Shown: positions 34,001-49,101, numbered from the whole stretch's first letter. The stretch: DNA of 63,760 nt, filler included, from Ministeria vibrans ATCC 50519 (GCA_943704425.1; 5 parts of 5 records of this genome joined end to end with filler, not necessarily neighbours in it); one strand, 5' to 3'. The notes: generated from the letters alone by a model not told the origin. Program-made: numbers and translations.

Positions 34001-37000
34001 AGTGCCCTTTGCATCTCTTGCATGTTCAGTTTAACATCGTGTCGCGACGCCACCAGCGACTGCACCTCCGTGACCGCAACCATTGGAATGCCTGTCGGGT
34101 CCGACGCAAGCTCGTTGCGCAGCCACACAATTACTTCCTCGACATACATCTGTGACATGGGCACAAGTTCCCCCATACTTGGTTGGGCGCGCGCCTGACT
34201 CACAATGAGATGACGCAGCCGATCCACGCCGTCCGCATAGCTTCGATTCAAGGCACACACCTCGGTCGCGATCACCGGTAGAGTCAGTCCAACTTTGCGA
34301 GCCGTCTCCAGCACAGCCTCGCGACGCGCCACAATGGCCGTGCGCGAGCTGCTCACACGATCCGCGTGAGTGCCCACCACAATAACCACTGCAGACGTGT
34401 CCACATCCTCTTGACGCACATGGTTCTTCACCGAACGCATCCAGTACTCGACACCCTCGAGACCCGATCGCATGTTTCCCGCACCCCCCAAGTGTACGCC
34501 AGTCGACGTCGAGCGGCGCAGCGTATTCACCATGGTCACGGGCTCGCCACAAAAAGACTCCGAGGCAACGCCGCCACCACCATTTCCCTCACAATCGTCT
34601 CCGTCCTCGCCATCCTCCGCCAGCTCGCCATCCACCATGGCCACAAGCGATACCGTGTCGCCATTGTCAACAACAACACCACGTGTGGCAACAGCAGCGG
34701 CATGCATTCTCGTGGCAGAGGGCGAGGAAGAAGGTGGGTCACGCGACTGGCGTCCTTCACCACCCGTCAAGTCATAGGTAACAACATAGACACAGCGATG
34801 ACTCAAGAAGAGCGGATGCGACACATAGTACTCATCACCGCCCGCAAAATCCCACACACTCAACTCCATTGTGCGTTGATTGGGCAGCGGGTCACCAATG
34901 CGAATGGACGATTCAAAGTCGGTGCGGGGCACACAGTCCCAGCGCCATTGATGCAAATCAATGCCGCACGTTTCGCTCTTGCGACTAAGTCTGTACAGCA
35001 GCAGAGCCCACTCGTCACGATGCGCCTCCGTTGCAAAGTACAACTCAATGTCACCGTCATGCGCAGTGTGCACCTGTACGCCATAGGGTTCGTCGTCGGG
35101 TGGCGCCGCACTCGAGTGGAATCGCTCAAACACAACCAGGTCTGTGGCTGTGCGTGGTGTACGACCCATTGCTTTGGTTGCTGCGCTTGCATTGGAACAT
35201 GGTCCCCCTGCTGTCGCTGCCATGGTTGCTGCCGATGATGATGGTGACGACGACGACGACGACGACGACGCAATGTTTTGGTAGGTCGACGACGTTGTGA
35301 ACGAGCCAGAAGTGGACACTGCAGGACTGTTGTTGCCGTTGCCCTGTGAACCCGCACTGTGAACAATGACACGAAGCTGGGCGCCCTCAAGATGAAACAA
35401 CTGTGGTGGTTTGGCGGGCTTCTTTTGGGATCGATTCGCCTGTGCCATGGCAGCAAGAGCACTAGCGGCGCTCGCGGCCGAGGCGGTAAGTTGTCCTGGC
35501 TCGGGATTGGACAGATTGCCGGTACCGTCGTCAAGGGGGCCGTCGGGATCATCGTGCAGGTGGTGCTGGTGCGGCGGCTGTTGATCAAATGTGTTCACAG
35601 AGGCATCGCTATAGGCGGTCATTTCGAGGGGATTAAACGTGACGGTGTCTTCAGTGTGGGTCGAAAAAAGACTGCCGCTGTTGCTGATCGAGTCGGGATC
35701 GCCAGGAGTGTGCAGTGGACGCGATGAGGCGCCGCGGGGCGGTCGAGCTGGCTGTGACTCGTACACGAGCAGGGATCGGTCGCGAGTAGCGCACCAGCGT
35801 GTCTGAGTCGTGATTGTCTCCCGGTGAAGCAGCTTGGAGCGATAGCGTTGACGGACCTGGACAAAGCCGTCGCGAGAGAGGAGCGCATCAACGAGGGTGG
35901 TTTTGCCAACTGCCTCGTAGCCCACCAGCACGACTTTGGTGCGGTACACATCAAGGAACTCGTGAGCCCACAGATCCCGAAAAAAGGCAAGGACCTTGTC
36001 GGCGCTATCGCGGAGCTCGCGTGGCACCGACTGGAGGCATTGGCAGCGGGCGAGGTGCAGGGTCGCGAGACTCTTGAGCGAGCCCAGTTGCATTGGGAGC
36101 ACACACAGCTCAGTGTTGCCCGACAGGTCAAGCTCTTTGAGACGCACAAGCCGTTCGATGGTCTCGGGCACCTGTGTGACGACGTTGTTGTCGACGTGGA
36201 GCACGCGCAGGTCGACAAGGAGGTCGGGCTCGCACACGAGTGGCTCGAGCGATGCAATGCGGTTGTGTCCCAACTTGAGTGTCTCGAGACAGGTGAGTGC
36301 AGTGATCTCACGGGGAACCGACGTCAGGCGGTTAAAGGAGAGATTGAGTTCAACAATGTGCGAAAAATCGGGCACAGTGAGGTAGGCGACGGGAAGTTGA
36401 CGCAGCGCGTTGCCTGACATGTTGAGTGAGATGATGCAACGTTCCATGGCACACTCGGCGCCGGACAGCACAAGCTTGCGCGTGTCGGCAAGTACTGTGG
36501 CAACGGGGGGCAGCTGTCCTTCATCGTCGACACGCAAACGTAGATTTGAGCAGGCGTACGAGAAGATGAGAATGCGAGCGGCCTCGTCTTCGGCGTCGAC
36601 AAGGTCGGCAGCATGGTCGCCGGCATGCGTCAAAAGATTGGGGTCGGCGCCCGACGTGAGCAGCGTCGTGATGGTGTCAACATGGCCCAGACGCGCCGCC
36701 CAGTGCAGTGCTGTGTAGCCATTGGCGTCGGGGCGGTCAATGTCTGCGCCATACGAGAGGAGCATTTCGACCGAGTTGACCATGCCTTTGCTGGCGGCCC
36801 AGTGCAAGCGCGTCTGGCCCTGTGTCGACTCGTACACTCGGTTGATGTCGGCGCCCAGCGAAATGAGCGTCTCCACAGCACGCGAGTCGAGTTGCACAAG
36901 GGCCCGTCGGAACATGTCGAGGGCGTTACGCGTGACATTGTCGGCGGCCACCTGAAAAGCTGTCTCACCAGCAGCATTGGGGGTTTCCGACGGCACTCCG

Positions 37001-37570
37001 TAGCTCACGAGCAACGACGCCGTCGTCGCCTGGCCGGCTCTGGCTGCCACATGCAAAACCGTGTCGCCTGGGTATTCAACGCCGGGAAGAGCGCCCTAAA
37101 CAAGAGAGAATTCGATGAGTTTTTGTGTCACCCCAAAAAACATTAATTATTGTGCGCTCGACCGAAAGTGCCGCGAGCCCAAACTTGTCGTAGAGAGCTC
37201 GGAGTTCGCCGTCGTCTCCTGCACGCGCGGCCACAATAAGTTCCTCGACGGCCAGGCGAAAGGACAAGTCGGGAGCCATGCGAGGACGCGCGTAGAGGTC
37301 GTCGTCGTCGTCGTCGTCGTTGTTGTTGTCGCGCGCGTCGTTGGCGTCTCTGTTGCGGCCGTCGCTGGCTTCATCCAGGTCGCTGTCGTCGCTGTCCACA
37401 TGCTCGTACGCAAGACGCACAGCGGGCGTCAACGTGGCATGCGCAGGGACGGCGAGCGAGCCTCGGCGGGGCTGTGGCAGCGGAGGCGGACGAGTCGAGG
37501 AGAACGACGACTGAGCCACAGCCACCGCCGCTCGGAGGTCGCCGCCGCCGGCCTTTGGCACGTCTGACAT
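31083..37570 (-). CDS. Roco protein: ANK-LRR-ROC (PH domain inserted)-COR-tyrosine kinase (3 exons)
   Basis: Ankyrin repeats (GYTALHWAA) and LRRs; ROC GYEAVGKT/TCGID/WDFAG/VGTHAD; COR IDPQWL, FSRIVVRL, WSNG; kinase GDGQYG, VALK, HRDIAARN, DFG, WMAPE, DVWSFG-VLLWEI. Confidence 0.9.
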
Positions 37571-37862
37571 GCAACAATATATTACCAAAAATAATTCACA
37601 GCCGCAAAAAAAAGAAAGATAGTGATAAGTGATTATGTCAATAGTTTAACTCAACTCATCGTTTAAAACATTTTAAAATCTTACATTATCTTTACTTACT
37701 TCTTCTTCTTCTTCTTTTTCTTCTTCTTCTTCTGCCTGACACGATGGATCGACAGAATAGAGTAGGCGGACGCACTGGAGGTGAGTNNNNNNNCCAATCT
37801 TACATTATCTTTACTTACTTCTTCTTCTTCTTCTTTTTCTTCTTCTTCTTCTGCCTGACACG

Positions 37863-39024
37863 ATGGATCGACAGAATAGAGTAGGCGGACGCACTGGAGG
37901 TGAGTGGATTTTTGCCATTTTCGTTTTTTTTTTTTATCTTTATTGGATTGTGATTTTCGCTCATTCCTAAACACACCACTGTTTCAGGCGGTGGAGTTGC
38001 AAGTGCTAGCGAATCAAATGTTGCTCGCAAGGAACGACTGCGCCAATTGGCTCTGGAGACGATTGATATTACCAAAGTAAGAAGAATGTTAAAAACCGAA
38101 CGAAATACTCAATCGTGTCTGTGTGTCGCTGTAGGACCCCTATATCATGATCAACCACGTGGGACAGTACGAATGCAAGCTGTGCCTGACTATCCACAGA
38201 AACGACGGAAGCTACCTGGCCCACACGCAAGGTGAGCGGCCGTCAAAAGAAAAACGAAAAAAAATCGTCTGTCGTTCGTTTCCCTCTCTCTCTCTCTCTC
38301 TCTCTGTCTCTTTGTGGCGTGAACGACAATCGTCGACACACCCACACACACACGCCCAATACTCACTCACGGTTTGCGTGCTTTTGTTCTGGCAGGCAAG
38401 AAGCATCAGGAGAACCTGGCAAGGCGGAAGCTCAAGGAGGCCAAGGACCAGCCGATTGTGCCAGCGCCGTCGCAGCAGCAGACCGAGTTCAAGCAGTTTG
38501 TCAAGATTGGGCGTCCCGGCTACCGGATTACAAAGCAGCGCACGGATGATTCACTTCAGGTAGTTGCTTGAGACAACACTTGAAAGAGTTGCTGTCTCAC
38601 ACTTTGTGCATGTTTGTCTTGCAGGATTCCCTCTTCTTTCAAATTGACTACCCTTCGATTGCGGACGATGTGAAGCCCCTATACCGATTCATGTCGGTAG
38701 GAGACGCAACCAATTCGCGTGCATGTGAGCCAGTTTTTTACGTCTTTTTTTTCCTTTTAGGCATACGAACAGAAAGTAGAGGCTCCGCAACGCGAATACC
38801 AATATGTGATTGTTGCAGCAGAACCCTACGAGACAATCAGCTTCAAAATTCCATCGCGGGAAGTTGACAAGCGTCCCGAGAAGACGTGGTGCCTATGGAA
38901 TGCAGACACAAAGCAGTTCTTTGTCCAGGTGCACTTCAAGGTGGGCGGACGGGCGCCTGTGCGTGCGCACACCAGTGGTAGTGGCAGTGCCGATGACCCT
39001 CCGCCGCCCCCTCCTCCTCAGTAG
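37863..39024 (+). CDS. SF3A2: Splicing factor 3A subunit 2 (SAP62/Prp11), multi-exon
   Basis: MDRQNRVGGRTGGGGVAS, RKERLRQLALETID, YECKLCLTIH..DGSYLAHTQGKKHQ, KIGRPGY, AAEPYETISFKIPSRE. Confidence 0.97.
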
Positions 39025-39053
39025 ACGTTTCCTATGCGCTGGTACGCGTCCCC

Positions 39054-39089
<36 letters not shown>

Positions 39090-39160
39090 CATGCATATGA
39101 CCAAAAGAGAAGAAAAAAAAGAGTATAGAGAGACAGTGTACTATGAAACAAGACTTTTTT

Positions 39161-42100
39161 TTACATGAGATGTTGTGTCTTCTTGCGTGACACTGTGAAG
39201 AGATGCTCTCCTTCCACCAACGGTCTTGCATCTGCTGCTTGCTGTTCCTCTTCGACGCCAAAGAGGAATGTGTAGTGTGCTTCCATTTCGCGAATGGCTC
39301 GTTCCTCCAGCTGGATCAGTGCGAGCGATCGTTTGTCTTTGTGTGCGCGCAATCGGTGTTCCTATATACTCTAATGGCGTTAGGAGAGAAGTGGAGACAC
39401 ACCAGAAGAGCGTCTCTGATACCTTTTCCTGTTCGGCCAGAATGCGTGCGATCGGGGGTGTGGGTGCAGCAGAAGAGGGTGAAGGGGCAGCCCACGGGAC
39501 ACCGCTGCGTAGCCTACTCGGACTGGTGCTGCTCGCGGTGGTGGTAGTAGTAGTGGTAGTGCGTTTTGAGTTGACGGTGCGTTGTGAGGGGGAAGAAGAT
39601 AGGAGGGAGCGCAGTGAGGGCCCCGTGACGCCTGGTGGTGATGCGACGCCACTCCACGGGGCTGTTGATGTGGTGGTTTGGTGGGATTGGTACTCTGACA
39701 GAGCGATGGGCTTTGGTTTGCTAGCATGACGAGGAGAAGAGCGGGCGGAAGAAGGTCGTTGCTGTGGCTGCTGCTGCTGTTGCTGAGCTGCCATTATATC
39801 TTTGAGAGAGGAATTTGGTCTGGAAGGTCTGGAAGAGAGAAGAGGGGCCGGCGTCGGTGAAGCGGCTGCCTTCGTCCAGGTGGGCACATTATCATAATGG
39901 GTTTGTGTCGTGCATACGACTTCAAGATTCGACTTGCGCTGTCTGCGCTTGTCCTTTTTTGCCGCACGTTTGCTCTGTGCTCGCCCGTTCCCTTGAAAAA
40001 GATCAATTTCTTCACGCATCACCCTCACTTGTTCCACTTTCGCTTCTTCTTCCACTCCATCTCTTTGTTCCACTTTCGCTTCTTCTGCTCTTTCCCCGTT
40101 CGCTGCGTCGTCCACTCCATCTCTTTGTTCCACCTTCGCTTCTTCTGCTCTTTCTCCGTTCGCTGCGTCGTCCACTCCATCTCTTTGTTCCACATTCGCT
40201 TTTTCTTCCACTTCTTCTGCCCTTTCTCCATTCACCGCGTCTACCACTTCTTCCGCTCCTCCTTCGTGTTCCTCAATATGCTCCACATCCAAGCTTACAC
40301 TATCTGTCGTCCGTCGCTGTCTCCGCCCTCTTCCTCCCACGGAGGGCGCAACAATAGGAACACCCACAAGCCTTCGCACGTGCGGCTCAATCTCATTGCG
40401 GAATATTTCACAGGGAAGCTGTGTCATTGCACCACTCTCTATCATCCAGCCACTATGAAACGCAATGCACACACAACATCTCTCCTACAACAACCGCACA
40501 TTTTTAACAAGCATTTTCCTCTTCTCAAACAAAACGGAATGTACCAGTAAGTGATAGAATCCGTGAAACTCGGCAAGGTGAGTCAGGGAAACAACGTTGG
40601 CGAGGTCGAGTCGCGTGGCCAGGGCCGACTGGGCGGCGTGTGAGAGGGACTCGAGACAGAGCGACTGGGCGGCGACAGCGACGTGGGTGGTCTCGGCAAC
40701 AGAGAGGGTGTCGAAGAGGGACGTGGTGGCGTCGGTGTAGAGGTGGGCAAGCACAGTGTGCGCCGTGATGCTTGTGGGAGGCTCAGGAAAGCTCACAGTG
40801 GTAGTGGTGGCGTCGGAGAAGGACGACATGAAGAGGGCGCGAAAGTAGTCGCAACGCGCGACCAGCACAGCGCGATGACAAGGAACAAAAGAGTCGCTGC
40901 TGCTCTTGCTGCTACTATTGCTGTTACTGTTGCTGACGCGAATGGACACGTCGGTGGGCGGAACAGAAGGAAGGGTCAAAGGATAGAGAAGTGACGCGGA
41001 AAATGGTGGAGTGCAGCGGTAGGCGAGTGAGGAAGAGCGGAGAAACTCGAGGGCTTCAAGCACTTGTGCACTAAAAGTGATGCTCTCGTCAACCTCATCC
41101 GAATAAACAATGCGCAATGCAAGTCGTACAGTCGTCGCGTCCGTTTGAGGGAAATCAATAAAGAGGGAAGGCAGAGCAATGCCGCGAGAGGCGAGCACAA
41201 TGGCGTGTGCAGCGACACGCTCTCCTGCAGCACACGTAAAGGTCACGTCACAGATCCCATCACCGACAAAAGACTCGTCAAGAAGCCGTGCAAGATCGAT
41301 TGCAAGCGTCACCAAGCTCGCTTCCGAGTCGTCTTTGTCTACCGTCGTGACAGATGGTGGTGGAGACGCGTCGCCCAACGCGAAAAAAGTGAGTCCACGC
41401 GGGTCGGCCGAGAGCCGCGAGAGATGGTAGGCGAGAGGCATGCGACGAAGCGGCGCGAAAGAAGAAGAGGCAAGGGAGAGTGAGAAGAGAAATCCATCGT
41501 GAGCAGACACAACAAGTAGAACATTGCTCGCATGATCACACCAGGCGATGTCGGCAGCGCGCACCTCGCGATGAGACGCAAGAAGAGGGACATGGCGAGC
41601 ACTGCTTCCCTCAATGGGCGACCACACATAGAGCAAACCAACGGCCGAGACCACTGCGACTTCAACGTGGGCCGAGGCGCGACAGAGAATACGTCGAGGT
41701 GGGAACACGTCGGGTTTGACGGCGGACTCGGAACGATGCACGGAGAAGGAGGTAGGGAAAAGCTGCAGGGGGGGGATAAAGGATGTGCAAGTGTGGCCAT
41801 GGAGCACAAGTACACTGCCGGACTCGAGTGCAACAGCGGTGCACAGATCGCTGACGGAGAGTGCGCTAATGCGGTGGCGATGTTCGTTGACGTAGGAGAC
41901 GACGCGAAAGGTGGTGGAGACGGGGGAGTCGGAGCGGTGGCCGAGCTGGCCGACATTGCGCCCACACGTGTAAAGGTGGGTGCGCGAGCAGACCGCCGAG
42001 TGGATCTTACTGGCGGCCGCTGCAAACATCTTGGAGGTACCGGGGAGTCGCACAAGACGCGGCGTGGCGACCGTGCTTGACTTGCTGCTGCTTGAGCGGG

Positions 42101-43232
42101 GTCGAGTAGGAGAGGGACGGTCGAGTAGCGGTGAGTCAAACACGTGGCTGGTGCCAGCGAGAGGCACGTCGGGCAAACCAAGCTGCCCGTCACTTTGAGT
42201 GCCCCATGTATACACATCGCCATTGTCGAGCACTGCAATGGAGTGATGAAGTCCCGCCGCAACAGACACGACCGTGTGCTGTCGTGGGAAGGAGCGCACA
42301 CGCTCGGGCACAAGCGACGACGTCTCCTCGGTGTCTACGCCGAGACGACCTCCCCTTCCGTAGCCGCACGCGTACACGCGGCCGCGCGCCGATCGAAACA
42401 GCACGTGGTAGTCGGCGGCACTTACCTCCACGATGGAATCATCGTCGTGCATGTGACTGCGTGAGAAGGCATCCACCAACTCTGCGTGGGGTTTGTCGCG
42501 GTCCGTTCGACCATGACCCAACGTGAGATTGGCACTTGAGCCCCAGCTAAAGACCGACGTGGCTCTGGTGTGCACACGCGTCTGTTTTCTCTTGTCCGTG
42601 TCGCTGTGGTCGTCACTGTCGCTGCCATTGTCCACGCTGACTGCGCCGAGGCACTGTGCACTCTGGACAGCAAGCAAGTCGGACGGACGCAGTCCCTCGC
42701 CATCAAGCGCATTCAAGTCGGCTCCAGACTCAATAAGAACCATGGCTGTCTGCAGCTGTCCGTGGTACAGTGCTCGGTGGAGCGGCGTGTAGGCGGACTC
42801 GGCATCCTACTCAGAGTGAATTGCGCAAGAATCAAAACAATCACAGGGGAGAGCAAAAAAAATGCTTCGATTCTTCAAAGGAGACGGCACAAGGGCCAAG
42901 GGTGCGTCGTAATGAAGACGCCCGACCAAGGGAGTTGCTGCTTGGACGTACTTTGGCGTTGATGGCGGCTCCTTGCGCGATCAACAGTTGCACAATGGCC
43001 GTCTCGCCGAATGAGGCTGCACAGTGCAAAAGCGTCCGTCCCATTCGATCTCGCATGGTCACGAGGCTGTTGTGCAGTGGGGAGCGCAAGTGTGAGAGAT
43101 CACAAGTGGAAAACTCCAAAATCGAACTCCAAAATGAAACGAAACTAACCACTGCCGTCTTTTCAGAGCACCCTTTAAATGATCCACATCTCCTCGTGCA
43201 ACTGACTCGGCAAGTTCGGTGAGGGTGTTCAT
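39161..43232 (-). CDS. IBTK: Inhibitor of Bruton tyrosine kinase-like protein (ANK-RCC1-BTB-BTB), multi-exon
   Basis: Ankyrin GRTLLHCAA and YTPLHRALYHG; RCC1 FSWG...TLGH and GYGRGGRLG; two BTB domains (AHAIVLASR, CHRAVLVARCDYF); C-terminal SLALIQLEERAI. Confidence 0.88.
40030..40250 (-). repeat. ~60-bp coding tandem repeat in the IBTK C-terminal region
   Basis: EQRDGVDDAANGERAEEAKV repeated about 3 times. Confidence 0.85.
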
Positions 43233-43310
43233 TTTTTCATGAAGAGATTGAAAGAATCAACAAAAAAATTTAAAAAATTTAAAATATTGGTCACTTCTTT
43301 TAATTAATTC

Positions 43311-46300
43311 ATGCTCGATCAGGTCTTAGAAGCGGTAGCGGTCGCGACGGGCCCGGCATGGAGCAACGAGCAGCGTCTGGAAGCGTACAACGTGCTTCAG
43401 CAGTTTCAGGAGACGTGTTCGGTCGAGATGGCGTTTCAGACAGCGCTGAGCATTCTCGCGCCGAGCACGGGAGATGGCGGGGCGCCGTCGTACGACGACC
43501 AGGCGCGGCACTATGCGTTGCATTTGCTGGACACGTGCATCCGCTTTCGCTGGAACACCGACCTGTCGCTCGACGACAAGGAACGTGCAAAGAGCCTGTC
43601 GCTGCACCTCTTGAAACACGTTGCCGCGTCGTGTGCCGAAGCGCGCTTTATCCGCGAGAAGCTCGCCGAGCTTGTCGTGCAGATTGCCGTGCGTGAATGG
43701 CCCCAGCGATGGCCGTCGCTCTTGCCCGATTTGCGTTTTATTGCTGACAATGGCAGTGCCGTCCATCTTGAACTTGTGCTTCTTTTCTTTCGGGCTCTCT
43801 TCGATTCGCTGACGCCGTTGCCTCCCTCGCGTCGTCGCGATATGCTCACCACGCTGGCGGAACAGGCTGATAATGTGACTGGCTTTATTGCATCCGTACT
43901 TCAGCGAACCATTGCCGTGTTGCCGTCCGACGAACGCGACATCATGCTCGTGGCAATGGCCGCCCTCGAAGCGGTCGCCTCGGTCGCCACCTGGATTCCG
44001 GCCAGCACCCACGGCACCTCGGACCTGATCCTTGCCACCGTACAGCTCATTCATGTGCACGAGGCCCACTGTGAACTGGCGACGCGCGCGTGTGAGTCCC
44101 TCTTGGTGTTTGTCGAGCGGAAATTTACTCACGGTGAAACACTCGTGCTCGACTGTCTGTGGCAGACGCTCGACGGTATCCACGCGCTCTTTAACGAAGT
44201 ATCCGCACACGTGGTGAACCTCCTACAACTGCGTGTGCCTCTTACTCAGCTTGAGACGCCCTACCTGCTGCTAAAGCGCGTCTCCCAACTCATCGCCGAA
44301 ATCGGCGCCTCGCAAGTGTGTTCGCAGTGCGAGCGACTCGCCGACACGCCGCCTGCCCAGCTGCCCGCCTACCTTGACTTGCTTCTCAAGGTCTCCGCTG
44401 TTCCCAGCACCACCACAGATCAGCTAGTCTTCTTGGCTTGGTGCGAAATGGAGAGTCGCCCCGCTCTCGCGCGCGTGCCCGCCTTCAAGGAGGCCATGCC
44501 CCATCTACTTCGCTGTGCCATTGCCAAGGCGCTGCCACGCGAACCGTACGACGAGAACGCTCTTGACCAAATCGACTACGACTCTGAAGAGACCATGCAC
44601 GACCAGCACAGCACGTACAACTCTATCGTCCACCGCACCCTTCGCGCCGTCGCGAAGCACGCGCCAAAGGAATGTGTGGCTCTCGTCAGCGAAGCATTTG
44701 ATGGCGAAATCACAATGGTTGCGCAGCTCGCCGCTGCTGCCGCTGCTGCCGCTGCCGACTCCGAGTCGACCGCTTCTGCCGCTGTTGCTGCACTAAATCG
44801 AGCGGCAGACCGTCTCGAGGCGTGTGCAAAGGCGGCGTCGTCAGCTCTCTCGGCCGCCACCACCAGTGCGCTCTTCCGCCTCTCGCCCCTTCCTGACGAA
44901 ATTATCACACCTGTACGTCAGCTCTGTTTGGACCTTGCGCGCACCGCCACGACTGCAGCGGCATCGCGCACTCTCGTGGCCGGACACATGAGTGCCCTTG
45001 GCGCATTGGCACCCTTGCTCATTCATGTGCCAGACACGCTTGCGCCAGTAGTTGCGGCTCTCTTTGACGGCGTCGTCTTTTTGCGTCAGTCTGGTGGCTG
45101 TGATATTGCGGCGTCGCTTGATGAGGGTGATATCGAGATGCGAGTGCGTCTGGTGCAGCGCATTGCGTGCACGAGTCTCATCAAGGTGTGCGAACAAGCT
45201 GCGTCCGCACTTCTCACTTGTTTCGACATTCTTCTCGAGCCCGTGCGCAATATGCTCACGTCCAATCTTGTCACGTACTACCAACGTTCATTTCTCTTTG
45301 AGGCCCTTGTCATTGTGGCCAATGCAGCCGGCGACAGCGAGCAGCAGTGCGACTTTCTCGCGTCCATCTCTGAACATGTTATTGTCGAACTAACCACCGA
45401 CGAGGACATTTTGGCGCTTCTCGAGGGCCCCGCTGCCTTTGCCGCTGCCCTCGACATTGGCATGCAGTCGTCATCGTCGTCAATGACTGCCCAGACGAAC
45501 ACTGCCGCCATCTTCACCGCCAGCTCACTGCAACTTCGTCGCAAACTTCACGGCATTCTCAACACAGTTGCTGGCATTCTGCGTCGCGCCCACCGCAAGC
45601 GAACGCCTCTTCACCTGCAACACCAACAACCTCATCAACACTCATCCGACTTGACGGGTGCCTCCTCTACAGCCACCACCACGACGACGATGACGACGGC
45701 CGCTACGACAGCCTCGGGCACCGACAGTGCATCTGAGGCATCGCTGTCGTTTGTCGATGAACCCGCCGCGCCCTTGGCCTTTGCCACCCTCCAAAATTGC
45801 CTTCGTCTTGCCACGGTTCTTGACGAGCTGTTCACGCCCGACGGTCGCCAACTTGTCCCGCCCCATCTGCAACGTGCGGTGTTTCATCCGAGTGACCCTG
45901 AAATCCGCATGCTTCTTGCGCTCCCCACGCTTCCATCCGTACCCGCACAGACACCGGAAGCACAACTGTCGCGCCTCTCCATCTTCCTCACCATGCTGCG
46001 CGAGACTCTCTCGCTCTGTATCACACACAGTCTTGTGGCAGCTCCGTCGCTCTTCCGCTCGCCCGACGCCATGGACGCGCTCGCCCCGACTCTACTGGCC
46101 CCGACTCTCTCGGGCGACTTTCGTCATGTCAAGCTTCTTCTGCGCGGTCCCTTTCAGTCGCTTATGACATCGTGCCCACCCGACGCCCGTCTCGCCGCCC
46201 TTGAGCCTATCCTGCCCGGTCTCATCTCCACTGTTTTTACGCACCTCGACTCGGAGTGGCGCAAATGGTCCGACGAGCAACTGGCCGCGTGCACAGCACC

Positions 46301-47350
46301 CGGTGCCGACGAATCGTTTGACGCGGCGGCCGCCGACGCCACCTCCACCGACGATCTCACCGATGTGCTTAGGCAACGCCTTTGGCGCGACACAGCTCGC
46401 GAGTTTGTCCACGCTCTCTACCGACTCCTCTCCGACACGCGCTACAGTGGCAATGCCCTCCGTGACGATCCCAATGCGCGTCCTCTCTCCGATCTGGGTC
46501 GCTTTATCATGCAGACTCCCGTAAGCAACAGGAAAATTTAACATAATTATTCTCTATCTCTATCATATATACAGTTTCTTTCCCCCTCCTTTCTCTCACA
46601 CACACTTTTTTTTTCCTCCCTTCCCTCTCAATTCTCAATCTCAATAATTCTCTATTTTTCTCTTTCTCTCTCTTTTTTGATGTAGAAAATTGGTACGGTC
46701 GTCATGGAAAGTGTGGGTGAAATGCTATTGTGGCCCGACTCGCGCGTGTGTCTGCGCGCCGTTGACTCAGCCATGGTCCTCCTCGATTCGGTGCGCCTCC
46801 CGGCCTACCATACCTTTGTTGGTGCCACCCTCTTTTCTTATGCCATCCAGGTATCATAGTTCTCGTCTTTATTATGATTGCTGATATCACCTCTTTATCG
46901 TGTTAGGCGCTGAGTGTCAATGGGCAGCACGACGAGTGCCAAGCACATCTTGTAGCCATGATCTGGCACGCGTATAAGGTATTTGATGGGCTCGTCGAGA
47001 GTGGCGAAGCGCCTGAACATCTCCCGCGCGGTGTGCTCCTATCGCTGCCTGGCTCCAACGAGGCAGCTCTCGTGGACTTTGAGGCGTCATTGAGGCGCAC
47101 CACAAAGGACAAGCGGCAGCGCGAACTTTTCAAGACTGCCCTGCACGACCTCATTCGCGTGTCGTACGCCGAGCAGCACAACCGTGAGCACTCGGCCAAG
47201 ACAGTGCAGGCGCTACCCGAGACAGTCGTGCGCATGAAAGTACGTCGCAAGCAAGAGAGTGTGTGGGAGGCCGAGGCTAATGGCGCAAGCATGGGCGATG
47301 GTGATTCGCCCGTTGCCGGTATTGTCGATCTCTTTGCAGACGACGGTTGA
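43311..47350 (+). CDS. XPO5: Exportin-5-like karyopherin (3 exons)
   Basis: RHYALHLL..CIRFRWN, FIREKLAELVVQIAVREWPQRWP, LFEALV, LLWPDS, LSVNGQH, K.QR..FK. Confidence 0.85.
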
Positions 47351-47468
47351 ATAAAATAATTTGTGTGTGAAATAGTGCAAAAGACATTGTAAAGAAAAAG
47401 AAGAAGGAATGGAGAGATAGAGAGAGAAAGGGAGTAAGGAGTGAGAGAGGAAAAGGGATGGAAAAAGT

Positions 47469-48929
<1,461 letters not shown>

Positions 48930-48999
48930 CTAAAAAACATCAAATTTTTTAAAAAAGAAAAATAATCAATACAGAATAGAGAGCTGTACTCGATGACAA

Positions 49000-49101
<102 letters not shown>

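Noticed and set aside
37677-37905. Tandem duplication of SF3A2 exon 1 and its upstream sequence
   Set aside because: Two identical ~110-bp copies flank a 7-N gap, typical of an unmerged contig overlap.
31083-43232. Functional cluster of a tyrosine kinase and IBTK
   Set aside because: They are separated by SF3A2; IBTK is a broadly conserved BTB adaptor and proximity alone is not evidence.
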